Part shown: piece by piece, positions 12,910 to 26,089 of the stretch
Numbering within the stretch: the stretch's first letter is position 1
Layout of the letters: every line of letters begins with the position of its first letter
NCBI GenBank assembly: GCA_951406725.2
Contig: OX597833.1
Location: forward strand, 44,392,001-44,456,000
Reading direction: 5' to 3'
DNA from: Octopus vulgaris
Taxonomy: Eukaryota
Length of the DNA stretch: 64,000 bases
Translations under genes and position numbers: made by a program
Notes under the pieces: model-generated
What the model saw: only the letters and a program-made list of their open reading frames with translations
The model's database searches: none
What the model was told of the DNA's origin: nothing

Positions 12910-14616
12910 AAATTCGATTAGAGGTTGTGTTAACCTCACGAAGGGATGGTTTCATCCAAGGAAATACTGGTTCAATTCTTAGTATTTTGGGGGAATGAAT
13001 TTCCTTAAAATAATAGGTATATATAAAAATATACATTTTATATTCATTTCAAAGAAAAGAAAATAGACTGGAAAGTTGATAATAAACAATTATTAACTGC
13101 CCTATTTCTGTTTGCTTTTCCTTCTCATATATTTATATACATACACACAAGTAAAATTTTATGATAATCACTTGTCAGTTTTACAATTCTAGCGTAGTTT
13201 ATAGTGATTAATTGTTTCTCATCCACGTTATTCACTTTCAGCAAGGTGATCTGAAACATTTGTAGGTAATGTTACAAGCTGTTACAAGCTGTTGACATCC
13301 CAAGGTGATTTTACCATTCGTTTTGTGATGTATCATGCATAAAATAATTCATGGAGACTCCTTCAGCGTCCACACTTGTCAAATTCATGCAAGTAAAAAC
13401 AAAGGGAGGTAGCTATGTAACGTTGAAAATGAAGAGTTGATCAATAATCAAGTGTAACACACTTAGCAACCGCTTGTCAACTGATGTTTATTAGTGATTC
13501 CTGTCGAGTCTTCAAATGAGGAATACGTATATGTTATTATCCGATAGACTCCTCAGTTAAAGTCAACTTTATATCAGCTGGTGCAGTAAGCAAACATTAT
13601 ACAATAAAACGAAATGGAGAAATTACCCAAATATAGAGAAATTAAATGATAGGCAGAAACAATCCTTATAATAATAGATGTCTTGGGAATAATTTTTAAA
13701 GATACATAAAAAACATAGGCCAAAATCCAACTTACACAACATAAAGGAAATACTCAGGGGCGCTTACTTAAAGAAAACTTAGTAGTAATGGCAATTCAAG
13801 ATATAATTAAAAATAAAATCCTTTTGTTGTCAGGATAAAGAAGTTACTGCTAAAGGAAGCTATAAAGGGAGACAACTTCGCATTTTGATTACATTAATTA
13901 GACGTAGACTGTAGTACCGTCTGTGTTTGGTCTTTATTTGAACAGGAATACCGGCAAAACTGTTTCCTTTTTATTAGAGGCAATCTACGAATCTTAAGCT
14001 AATTGTAACTGATAATTATGTGATGACGAGAAGATATATAGCTGCATGCAAAGTTAATAGTTGTTTGGTTGCTATAACCCAAGAAATTTTATTAATACAG
14101 TTGCATTTTTATTGATGAGAACACACTTTATGTAAATTACTGACTCCGGTCTGAAGTTGAGGGAGATAATCTCGGAAATATTTAGCAGCTGTATGGTAAC
14201 TACTCAGGGCATGCTTTAATCTTATCCCTAAACCTTATCCTTAAAATATAATCTAACAGAGACTACAAAATGATAAAAATTTGTCCGAATTTAGCCATTC
14301 ACATAAAGATTTGTTCTTAACATAAAATTGTTTAATTTTGACTAATTAAAATTTATTTTCTTTCCAGAGTAATTATGCTTACGTCTACTTTACTCCATAG
14401 AAAATAGAACAACTATATATTATATACCATACACGAAGTATTTGCAATGAAATATTGTATAGAAAACCAAAGAACTTTGTCAAGTGCAAAATATTTCACA
14501 TATGAAAGTCCACAAATCTGTGCTCGATAGTGCAGTAGGAATACACAATAGAAATAATACTGCTGAGAATTAATAATTATGGAGCTGAATAAGTGAAAAA
14601 ACCGCGTAAAACAAAC

Positions 14617-14695
14617 TTTTAAAAGTCTTCGAGGATGAATCTCCTTTGAATGTTTTACATAAGCAGGTTGCTTCATCATTACAATTGGTATTCAT
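14617..14695 (-). pseudogene. 3' remnant of V-like Ig exon, truncated at a LINE junction
   Basis: KMNTNCNDEATCLCKTFKGDSSSKTFK aligns to KYKPTCNDVAAYSCKTLKTASQPKIIK; downstream 13640-14610 matches intron 31990-32985. Confidence 0.75.
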
Positions 14696-14960
14696 TTTGC
14701 TGTTGACATACACATGTTGGTCTACTGTTGTTTTTTAAGATGTTGGGCTGGTAACTTCTTCTAGGTAAGCATTGGTCTTGGTCTCGGGCTGTTTCTGATT
14801 TTAAGAGACAAACCATTGATGACAAAGGGCTTTGTCAACATCAGCATTATTAGCACTCTTTGGATATTTGCCATGGAGAGGTTTTTCTTGCCGTTTGTAA
14901 GTAAGAATATCATAAAGCTGTAGTTTTAGCAAGTGTTTGCATAGTCTTAGCTTTATCTGT
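14690..14960 (-). mobile_element. R4/Dong-like LINE fragment
   Basis: QEKPLHGKYP...DVDKALCHQW and RSYQPNILKN..PTCVCQQQNE, typical of the region before the CCHC finger. Confidence 0.7.
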
Positions 14961-15416
14961 AGTCTTTGTAATATGGAAAGATGATTCATCTGGAAAAGTT
15001 CCTTGGACGCTGCTATATGTCTAAATTCAAGAACTGAACTTTTGGGATCATGTCCATATGTGACAAAATACCTAATACGGTTTGGGCCCTGCGAAACACC
15101 CGCATCCAACTACCAATGAGAGACACCTTGTCCTCCAACAAGCCCGCTGGCAGTCACTGACCAGACGCGCATACTTGGAGAACTTACTCTGCAAAGCTTC
15201 TTCCAGGCGATCTTTGATAAATTTGGAATGATATAAAGTTGTTTTGACAGATTGGAGTATTTATTCGTTATACCTTTCAATTTATTTCTCTTTTCGCCTC
15301 GATGTCACCTGAACACCTCCAGTTGCAGTCCTATTCTTATTTTTGCTCTTCGATTTAAAGAAATTGCCTTTTGGTTTCATGAAGTTATAAAATTATCCTC
15401 TTATATATATACATAT

Positions 15417-15528
<112 letters not shown>

Positions 15529-15689
15529 TACATACATATATACATATATATATGTATATATATATGTATATATATATGTGTATATATATGTATATATATA
15601 TATATATTTAATAATAAAAATTAGGGAATAAATCCAAACTTACAGGGAAAAATCAGATTTAGGATTGAATCCAATTTTATATTAAAATA

Positions 15690-16025
15690 TTATATTATAT
15701 TAAATTAGAGACAAAACCACTATTATGCAAATCAAACAAAGAAAGACTTAAGCCAATACATTAAATTAATTTATATTATTTAGAAATGTAACAATTATTA
15801 ATATCCACTACGATCGTTTCGTGTCTATGAGTATTGAGTCTGATTCTGAAACCACCTGATGAATGTCTACTACTCATAGATTTGATGACTGAAGACACGA
15901 AACGATCGTAGTGGATATTAATAATTGTTACATTTCTAAATAATATAAATTAATTTATGTATTGGCTTAAGTCTTTCTTTGTTTGATTTGCATAATAGTG
16001 GTTTTGTCTCTAATTTAATATAATA
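15690..16025. repeat. Inverted repeat (~135-bp arms) around the hammerhead
   Basis: 15695-15827 is the reverse complement of 15893-16022. Confidence 0.95.
15852..15914 (+). ncRNA. Minimal type I hammerhead ribozyme (Penelope pLTR type)
   Basis: ccac-CTGATGA-atgtct...agacac-GAAAC-gatc-GTA-gtgg: stems I, II, III and GUA cleavage triplet; first stem II pair is A.C. Confidence 0.8.
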
Positions 16026-16299
16026 TATATATATATATATGGTCTAAATAAGAGAAAAGATATAGTCAATCGGAGAATACCTAAAAACTGCTTCCTAGAT
16101 GGAAGCTGCAATAAGTAAAATTAGGCAATTATTGTAAATATTATTTCGTACTGTTATTCTCTAATTATCCATAGAAAATAGCAGTGGTGTATGTTCCAAA
16201 ATGAAAATAGTTTCTACATTATTGTTGTTGTTATTGTTGATGTTTCGTTGTTATTGCTGAATTTTTTTGTGTTGGTTTTATCATTGGGGATTTTTAGAG

Positions 16300-17840
16300 G
16301 GATGTACCTCTGAAAAACCTAAACCTTGTGTATAATACGCACCCCTTCTCTTACTTGAGTCAAGGAGGTCTACATAATGTCCTTGGTCTGTAAAAATGTA
16401 TACGGTAACGTTCTTTATTATTATTGTATATATATAACAATGCGAACGTGTAGCTTTTTTGTGCATTTTGCTTGCAGAAAATAAAGAAATAACAGTAATA
16501 ACGTCAGTGAAAAATAAAATATTTATCACTATCAGTTACAAAAGCAAAAGCAAAGACATTTATTCAAATTCAACGTCACTTTCAGCATCAAATAACTGTT
16601 CCATTTGTTCCTCCGTAAATAGATCAGCATCATTGCATTGTAAATCTCCGTCATCGGCAGATTCATAGTCAAAATCAGAAGATTCACTTTCATTTATTTC
16701 ATCTTTCCATACAACGTCATCCTGAGTACCATCCAGTGCAGATGATATACAACATTTGATCAAACGTTTCACAATAATCTGGGGCTCAAGTTCATTCTAT
16801 GCATACACGATCCATTTGCATATCAAAGTCAGGTCGGGAGAGCGAACCCATCCACCTTTAGTGAACGACTTTATGCCTTGACAAAGTTACTGGCCAAGCC
16901 ACGTGATGCTTTAAATTCTGACTCATTATGTTTTATCTTTTTAGCAATGAGTTTTGCCTGTAGCCTCAAATGTACTGTATTAATGGCTATTCCACCAAGT
17001 CTTCTTTCCTCTACCCATTCAAGCAAAATTTTTTTCAAGCTCAAGATGTTTGAATCCCCCCCCCTTCTTGCCTTCTTTATCTTTGGCATCTGTTTAATTT
17101 CATCTTTATTTCTTCTCCATAACCTGACACTGATTTCGCCAACATCAAATTTTCTTCCGGTGGCCCTATTACCATGCTCTTCAGCATATGATATAACTTC
17201 GAGTTAAACATAGCTGAATAAGATCTACGAAGCATTTTATGGACATGTAATATATAAAATGTTTTATTGGAGTATAATGTGCAGGTTTAAGTCCCGCTTA
17301 TAAAAACTTTAGTAAAGGCCCACAGTAGTTCAAACATTTAATACTGGTATTTAATAAAGTATCTATAGTTTGCTACGGTAGTGATGCAAACTGCCAATAC
17401 AAACAGCAGGATGAACTATTTAGCGCTAAACTATTAAGCACAATTCGTACGTAATTAAGCCAGCAGCACTTAGTTGAACAAATACTTCCGCGCATGCGTA
17501 ATACAATAATGGTGGTGTTTTTAACTGTTATATGGGAATGTAAATATGTTTGCAAATTGTTTTTGTTACATGTTATTCTGTGATCTGAATACTTTTATTT
17601 TAATAAATGTTGCTTACTGCAAGTTATGGATGATTCTTTTATGACTTCATTGCTTTCAGGCTTAGCTTAAGGTATTTTCGTGCCCGACATCACAAAATGC
17701 GCCTGAATAAACATTGCCGGACAGCAAATAGAGACTCGGACATTGCTTGGAAAATATTTTTCCTTTTTAACCTCGTATATAGTACGCACTAGGGATTTTG
17801 ACTTTTAAATTTTGGAGAAAAAAATGTGGATTATATTACC
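16300..17840 (-). mobile_element. pogo-family DNA transposon, internally deleted
   Basis: CENP-B-type HTH (LLEWVEERR.GGIAI...EFKASRG) joined to C-terminal KCCISSALDGTQDD..W and acidic tail. Confidence 0.8.
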
Positions 17841-19466
17841 ACCTCTGAATTTGAGATACAAACACTCATAACAGTTTTCTTTTGAAATTTCACTCCATGA
17901 GATTGATACCATGAAATTTCTCGAAGTGATATCTGTCATTTACGTTTAATTAAAATATAGTTTCTTTTAAAATGGAAAAGTTAATTATACTTAAATCCAA
18001 TTTTTTGCCTTACGTTTATACTCTCATCATATTTTACCTCACAAATTTTTTCATTCATATTTTTGTTGCATGGGAACGAAACTATGAAATTCTTCATATT
18101 TTCTTCTATCATTAAAGTTAAGATAGATATATTTTGCTTTTAAAATAAAAAAAGTTATTCAGATCTAAACTTGATTGGTGGCGTTACTTACTCTCCTATA
18201 ACGTTGTTACAAATTTTGATGTAACATTTTTTCTACTGGATCAAATGTCAATTTCTTTATGCCAAAATATAGCTAGGGATCAGCCCTCTTCAAAATTGTT
18301 AACAGTTTTCAATTTGGTTAAGAACTGAATTAGTCACAAGCTCTGAAAGATGCTGCGTATGAATAAATTGCAATTTTAAGTATATTATTCAATTACTACC
18401 GTAGTTGGATGATATAATAGATAGATAGATATATTCATACATACATACATACAAACATACAAACATACATACATGCATACATACATGCATACATACATAC
18501 ACACATTCATTCTTAATGTTGAAAAACAAGTAGTAACTGCTGAACAAAGAACTCGGTACACTATATAGAGGAAATATATATATTTATTCCCAAGAAAGTT
18601 GACTGTGATGTTGACTTCGAAGTTTTGGAAAATATGTTAAGCAAACAGCAGTCTGTAAAAGAGAAGAATTGCCATCATATAGAGAAACAATAGTTAGGTT
18701 ATGAAGAAGGTAACATGTATACATATTCACACGCGCGCGTGTTTGTACACGCGCGTTTATATGTGTGTGGTTATGAATATTAATAGATAGATAGACAGAT
18801 AAAATAGATAGACATACATACATACATACATACATACATACATACATACATACATACATACATACATACATACATACATACATGAATATATCTGATATTG
18901 CGTGTACAAATACATGTAAAACTGTCATGGATATGTTTAGAGCTCCAACTTCCTTCCTTTAGATTTGTTAAATAAGTTCTTAAAAGTTTTCAATGCACAG
19001 AAAATGTAGAGAAAATGTAAGGAAATAAAGTACAAGTTTATATTATAGTTCCTACGCGGATCTGTTTGGATCCCTACAATAGGTGTATCAAGGATATTTA
19101 TATACTCAAACATTGCATGTTGACAGGCAACAATTTATTTCGTTAATTTATAGATGTTATGTTTGGAGTTGGATGGACGGCAAGTCACGTTGTGAGTATT
19201 TGGGGTAGGAAATAGAAGGAAAGCAATTGGATGAGGGGGAAGTATAAATTATTCTTTTATTTCTGTCTTTATAATTGTCTTCTTTCTTCTTCCCTCTTAC
19301 TGCTTCCCACTTTACTTTTTTCTATGTAGTTTAGATTTCTTTTCCTTCAAATTTTCTTTTCGTATTCATCACAACTATTCCTATAATTTCTTCATTTCAA
19401 TATTATTTCTTATGTGCTTTCACATCTATCTAGATGAAGCAACTGAGTCCCAGATATAGTCATTTC

Positions 19467-19697
19467 AAGGCGGCGAGCTGGCAGAACCGTTAGCACGCCG
19501 GGTGAAACGCGTAGCTGTATTTCGTCTGCCGCTACGTTCTGAGTTCAAATTCCGCCGAGGTTGACTTTGCCTTTTATCCTTTCGGGGTCGATTAAATAAG
19601 TACCAGTTACGCACTGGGGGCGATGTAATCGACTTAATCCCTTTGTCTGTCCTTGTTTGTCCCATCTGTGTTTAGCTCCTAGTGGGTAGTAAAGAAA
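19467..19697 (+). mobile_element. tRNA-derived SINE family 2
   Basis: ggcggcgagctggcagaa...gagttcaaattcc B box; 16-bp TSD cagatatagtcatttc. Confidence 0.9.
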
Positions 19698-20089
19698 CAG
19701 ATATAGTCATTTCCCTTTCTCACATTAACTTGTAGTAGTCGTTATCGTACTCGTTTCGGACCCACATATAATGCTTTGAATTTCGTTGCACTATGGCATC
19801 TTAATGTGTTTCATTTTTTTCTTTTTTTTTTTCAATTATTCAAGTGATACCATTGACTACTCTTTACCTTTTCGACACAGCGATGTTAACGCATTTTATA
19901 ATTAGCTAACAGTTAAACTATTTATTTGCTTGAAGATTTTTACATTAGTATTTAATTTGTAGCTTAATCGAAATACAACATTATTCTATTTTCAACTCTT
20001 ATTCATTTAATTAATTATTTTTACCCCCACCCCCGTTCCTACTGATTTAGTATGTCTTTTCCCCTAATGAACTCTGCAAGAAGATTACA

Positions 20090-20860
20090 TTTCTTGGATA
20101 CCTACATTCTGAACGCAAAAATGCAGGATTCGCATACCTCAACAAGATATCTAGAAACTTATGCATGGATATATTTCCCTCATTGAAATGGATAGTAATA
20201 TTAGCATGTAGTGCAGCGTCGTTTATACTTCTTGCCGTTATATCAAGTCACATCTTGAAGTTATTTCTTTTGCAATCCAAGTGCAGGAGATTGCAGCTGG
20301 ATTTCTAATATGCAAAAGCGATAGTCAACACTTAAACCCTCAAGACGCGTCACTAAATATTGATTATGCTACTCTTCTGTTGAGGCCATTGCATATCTGA
20401 TGAGAATCAGACCAAAACAATCATAGAGATACGACCTTTCAATGCAACATGATGTTACTGCTAAATCAATAAACCATACTGTTTATAGGAAAAAACTGCT
20501 CTGGAAGAAATACAGACAATGCCTGTGTTTTGAACATATGTGTACATATCAACTCGAAGAATATTTGTAGAATATTTCCATCGAAACTTTACCAAACGCA
20601 AACCTATCACGCCTCGTATTGCTGTTTGCGTCAGAAAAGTTAAGTGATATATAGTCAGAGAAGTTATGAAAATAGCTGCCGAATTTAGTTGCTAGGATTG
20701 TATTTATGGACCACTACTTCGAAACATTCAGAAAGAAGAAATAGTCTACATCTTTGGTCGCAAACGAAGTTCCTTGAGTTACACCCGAGTTTTCATTTTC
20801 CCAGAGAGATATCAAAGCAAAATCTAGGGGCTCCTACACAATTTTTGGATAATCATTTAC
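20090..20860 (+). mobile_element. Highly degenerate R4/Dong-like LINE 3' fragment
   Basis: FAIQVQEIA and QHDVTAKSINH motifs resemble AIQDQ.I.T and RHD.VA..IH. Confidence 0.55.
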
Positions 20861-21008
20861 GTTACAACAGGATGTCCAATAAAAATCACCCTCCTTACCA
20901 AGTAGGCTTAGTAAGGTTGCTGATTTTGTTGCCGATGAACACAACATCCGACGGTTAATGGGTTAAATGTTATCAGCAGTACTATAAGCGATCTGACATG
21001 ACGTACGT

Positions 21009-21050
<42 letters not shown>

Positions 21051-21479
21051 TGCTTTGTCTTTCACTTGGAGAATAATCGTGGCAGAGAGCGGGAAAACTT
21101 GTAAGCACAAGCAAAGCATTTTACGCTCTTCTAATTCTGTGACCTACTTTCCTTCCCATAAAAAATATTACAACGTTATAGAATATGATAAAAATAAGTA
21201 AAAACATTATCTACCTGCTTTAGTTTTAGGAGATGTTCGATTGAATGCTTTCAGATTAATTTCTAAAATTGAAAATGAAATACTATACAGAAATGGAATA
21301 TTCAAAACTTTAATTTAGTTTGCAGAGTTAAAATGGATGTACTGTTTCGAAATCAAAGGGAAATGTGTAGTGTTCGTAAAAACGGAGTTACTTTGAATAG
21401 CTTTAAAGCAATTTTTGATATTAAAAAGGTGATATTAAAATGTTTTCTTCAACACTATTCTCTTTTACTCTTTTATTTT

Positions 21480-21650
21480 TTTACTTGTTTCAGTCATTTG
21501 GCTGCGGTCATGCCGAAACACCGCCTTTAGTCGAGCAAATCGACCCTAGGACTTATTCTTTGTAAGCCTAGCACTTATTCTATCGGTCTTTTTTGCCGAA
21601 CCACTAAGTGACGGGGACGTAAACACACCAACATCAGTTGTTAAACGATG
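21480..21650 (-). mobile_element. SINE family 1, 3' fragment
   Basis: Reverse complement of 33740-33912. Confidence 0.8.
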
Positions 21651-21654
21651 TTGA

Positions 21655-23112
21655 TGACCCGAATTTAGAAATAGTAGTGGCATCAGATGCTAGTGAACGT
21701 GGCATTGGAGCTGTGATGGTATGAAGATGGTAGCCTGAAAGTAGTAGCTCATGCTTTACGTTCATTATTGCCGGCTGAAAAAAGCTACAGTCAAATAGAA
21801 GAAGAGGCATTAGCCATCATATTTGCGGTAAAATAATTCCATTAATTTATACATGGAAGATGGTTCCGTCTGCAGATAAACTACAGTCCATTATTGTCTA
21901 TATATCGAAAAAGTGTCTTTCCACTCATGAAACCAATTGATTGAACTCTGGGGAACGATTCTATTGAATTACGAGTTCAAAATAGAGTATTTGCCATCGA
22001 AAAATTGGGACATGCAGATGGATTGTCAAGATTAATACTAAAATACAGTGAACCACTAGAAGACAGTGATAGCGGCGTTAGAAACCGAAAATGAAATAAA
22101 AAAACATATTGTGCAATGTTTTACGCGAATTGCCGCTGTTGTTGGAGGAAATAAAAATGAAGGCAGAGACATACGAGTTTATCACAGAAATGAAAATATA
22201 GTGAAATCAGAAGAAACAAATAAAAAAAATACGTGTGGCTGAAAGTAACAGAGTTTCGAATTTGTATTTGATATATGATAATGTGCTTATGTAGAGGGGA
22301 TCGTAATGCCTACCTCACTACAAAGTCGAATGTTAAAGGAATTCCAAACTGGACAACCAGGAATTTCTAGAATGAAGTTGCTTATGAGGAGTTATATTTT
22401 CTGGCCAAAAATGGATCTAGATATCTAGAAATAAGTAAAATCCTGCTGTGGCTATGTTCTTGCAGCGAAAGCACTGCCTATAAAATTCCAACCTTGGCCA
22501 AACACCAATATTCCATGGTCCAAAATATGCATAGACTTCGCAGGATCGTTAAACCGATCATATTATCTAATAGTGGTATATAGCTATACAAATGTGAAAA
22601 TGTGGCAAACTGAACTCAACGGTAACAGTAAAATTTCTAAGGCGGCGAGCTGGCAGAAACGTTAGCACGCCGGGCGAAATGCGTAGCCGTATTTCGTCTG
22701 CCGTTACGTTCTGAGTTCGAATTCCGCCGAGGTCGACTTTGCCTTTCATCCTTTCGGGGTCGATAAATTAAGTACCAGTTACGCACTGGGGTCGATATAA
22801 TCGACTTAATCCGTTTGTCTGTCCTTGTTTGTCCCCTCTGTGTTTAGCCCCTTGTGGGTAGTAAAGAAATAGGAAACAGTAAAATTTCAACACGAACTTT
22901 ATGGTAGGTATGATGTCTCGGACACCATAGTATCTAGATACAGTACACAATTCACGGCGAATGAATTTAAGAACTTTTGCACGATGTACTCAATTGAACA
23001 TATAAAACTCCTCCGTATCAGCCAAGATCTAACGGGCAAGCAGAAAGTTCGTTGATACATTTAAAAGAGCATAACAGAAATCGAGAAACGAGCTAGTCGA
23101 TGACACAACATT
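21655..23112 (+). mobile_element. Gypsy pol fragment (RNase H-integrase)
   Basis: VVASDASERGIGAV, YSQIEEEALAIIFAV, GHADGLSRL, PRSNGQAE; many stops. Confidence 0.9.
22638..22874 (+). mobile_element. tRNA-derived SINE family 2 nested in Gypsy integrase
   Basis: Near-identical to 19467 copy; 14-bp TSD aacagtaaaatttc. Confidence 0.9.
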
Positions 23113-23371
23113 CACAACTTCTCCATTTTGTGTGAGATATGTTCCGTCTTCAGTATCCTCAAGCTGTTTATTAATCTCGACTATGTTGATTGTATGGTTA
23201 ACCAATTTGACTTCACTGTAACCAGCTGCCCGAAACTGTGGACAACATACACAATGCCTATCGGTTATTTTGTAAACAATTTATCTACAACTCAAATATC
23301 CTACGGTTATTTCTTCGGCGTTGGTGATACCGGTTTGACAATTGTGAGTCGGAGCGCACTAAGTATCATTC
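23113..23371 (-). pseudogene. Probable 3' exon/relic coding segment of gene A, cut off by Gypsy DNA
   Basis: ~10 mismatches in ~260 nt versus 53459-53717; same in-frame stops. Confidence 0.45.
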
Positions 23372-24062
23372 CTAATAATATTATTAATATTACATAAGGG
23401 TATAAGTGTATGTTGATGAAAAGATTATATACATACATGGAAATACGTATGCATACATATATTCAAAATCACGCGTGTGTGTAAACGTACACAAAATATG
23501 CATGCCGCCATACATATATAAATATGAATGCAAGCGTATATCTAAAAGAAACTTTGCCCAGATATTTGCACCCCCCATCTAGGAAACATATCCATTTCAT
23601 GTATGCAAATGCACAGTAAACCACATACATATAACCACATAAATATAGCTTGTGTGCAAAGACCCACACGTATAAAAACATGAAAGCATATTCGTATGCA
23701 CGAATGCACAAAGACACACACACACATGTATGAAAAGTATGAATACATACAATGGCATAGATACATTGTAAGCATATATAAACGAAAATACCTCTATGTG
23801 GCATTTTAACTAACAAGAAATAGTAGCCAGCCACGTACATATCACGAAACCTGTCTTAAAAGAAAATTAGACACATTGGATATTAAAGTTGTAGTTATAT
23901 CATTCCTGAAATGAACGGATGTAATTGTCTACCCAGAATACCTTCGACCACCGTCGACTCTTAGATAGCGGTTGAGCTGAGGCTAAATAAACATTGTTAC
24001 AAGAAAAGGGGAAACATTAATCAGGGTAAGAAATAGAAAATTAACTTACTTTTTTTACGAAC

Positions 24063-24376
24063 TTATAACTCATTGGAAATTTGTGCCTTAAGTGAACCAA
24101 AGTTTGTTTTACATGTGATATTTGTGTCAGATACGTCTCTGGGTGGTGGAATGAAAGTATAATCGGATGATACCAGAGAATAACAGCTTGCAGTAAGCGG
24201 GATTTTCTCATTTTTGACGAAATAAAATTTTTTGCCATTTTTTATCACAATCCACGTAAAGGTTAGTTGCGATTTAAAAGGTGCGCCAACAGTTGCTACA
24301 CATCTTAGGTGTCTTACTTCTCTGCCTTCTTCATTAAATCCGTCGGCAATTTGCAGACTCTCTAACCTAGATTTTG
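24063..24376 (-). CDS. Gene A exon 3: C2-like Ig domain with stop
   Basis: tttcttttcAG acceptor in phase 1; AKSRLESLQ...LRCVATVGAPFKSQLTFTW...SCYSLVSSDY...DTNITCKTNFGSLKAQISNEL*; 314 nt, same length as paralogue 54400-54713. Confidence 0.85.
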
Positions 24377-24682
24377 CTGAAAAGAAATCGATCTAATATA
24401 GCAAAATGTTAGAACAATATGCTTTGACTATTGGGTGGTTTCATTAATATAAACAACAATCTTCATACTAAACTAAAATGGTTAACACCACTCGAATGGT
24501 TCTTGATGCTGGGCCCTGTGAACTACTGTTTCTAACTTACATTCACATAAACACACGCAGACCGAGACACACACGCGCATGGACAAGCACACATCTCATG
24601 CGCACATACAGACATGCACACACACACTTCCAACAGTTCTGTTCATTTCCTCTTTCTTGTGCTGCTACTCCTAGGTTGGATT

Positions 24683-26074
24683 TGTAGCGGTAGCAAAGAG
24701 AGTTCAATGATCTCCATTGCAAGAAAGATTATTGAATAACCTCCCGTTATTCCCGTTTCTCGAAGCACCTGTATCATGAGATGTGATTCTTAATTATTCA
24801 AGAAACTTAGCGTTACTCTTGGAAGTTTCTACATTGTCTAGTGTTCCGTTAATATAAGCAGCCTGCTAACCCGGCTCTTCTCTTCTTAGTCGATTAGACT
24901 TAGAGCCATTCACGTCATTGCTATGTCCGTCTATTTCTCTACGCCACATGACTGAAACCCACCACTTAGCTGTTATTTCTATATTTCCTATCTCTGAACT
25001 TTTTTACATAGATTACTTCATTCAACTAGTTTCTTCATTTTGATTATGTATCATCATCTACCATTATATAAAATATATATAGTTCTTGAATTTATTCTTC
25101 ATTTCTATATGAACTCTTTTAATAATAAACACACAGCCACATCAACACATGGTACTGACTATATATAACCACTACATAAATTGGTGACCTCGACGTGATA
25201 GAAATACGTATCTATTAAACCGCCAGCATGTCATTGTCGTTTTTTGCCACTCGTGTGCACACACTCTCTGCCTCAGTCACGCTCTGACTGGCATTTTCTG
25301 CACTCTGCGCACGCAAAACGACACTGCTATTCGGACTCCCTCAGATAAATCCTGTCCTCTATACATTTCTTTGAATTCTGTTTCCTGAGATGCGTAATTT
25401 TCACTACCTCTATATTGCGTGCACAAACATACACGTTACAGAAGTTTGAACTTTGATTTTTCACTTTGGACCTCAAATATTTCATTGATTCCATTCTGTT
25501 TTCATCTGTTTTTGATATTTTATGATGTATGCATTTTTGTTTCTGCTATTGCATACCATTGCCTCTGCCTAGGGAGTAGCAAGATAGTTGAATGATCTCT
25601 CTTGCAAGAAAGATTATAGAGTAACGTCCGTTCTAAGTTTCTCGGAGCATCTGCTTCATGAAAATTGATTCTTACTTACTCAAGAAGCTTAGCGTTTCTT
25701 TTCGAAGTTTCTAGAATGTCTAGCGTCCCATTAATAAAAACAGCTTCCTCACACTGGTCTTCGCTTCTTAGTCGATTAGACTTGGAGCCATTCACGTCAT
25801 TGCTATGTCCATCTATTTCTCTACGCCACATTTCTGAAAGCTAACATTTAGCTGTTATTTCTATATTTCTTATCGCTGAACTTTCTTGCATAGATTACTT
25901 CATTCAACTAGATTCTATATTTTGATTATGTATCATCATTGACCTGTAAATAAAATATATATTTTTATGTAGTAAATGTATAGTTCTTGAATTTATTCAT
26001 CTCTGTATGAACTCTTGTAATAATATACACGCTGCCATATCGACACCTTGTACATACTATATATAACCACTACA
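24683..26074 (+). mobile_element. Non-autonomous LTR element (two ~495-bp LTRs, ~400-bp non-coding interior)
   Basis: LTR 24683-25176 TG..CA; PBS TGGTGACCTCGACGTGAT 25182-25199; AGGGAG PPT; LTR 25576-26074; TSD GATT/GACT; empty site near 55012. Confidence 0.9.
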
Positions 26075-26089
26075 GACTTCATGTGGAAC

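Noticed and set aside
23128-23397. Plus-strand 89-aa ORF conserved at 53474-53743
   Set aside because: Non-ATG start, no splice context; conservation explained by ~96% nucleotide identity of the duplication
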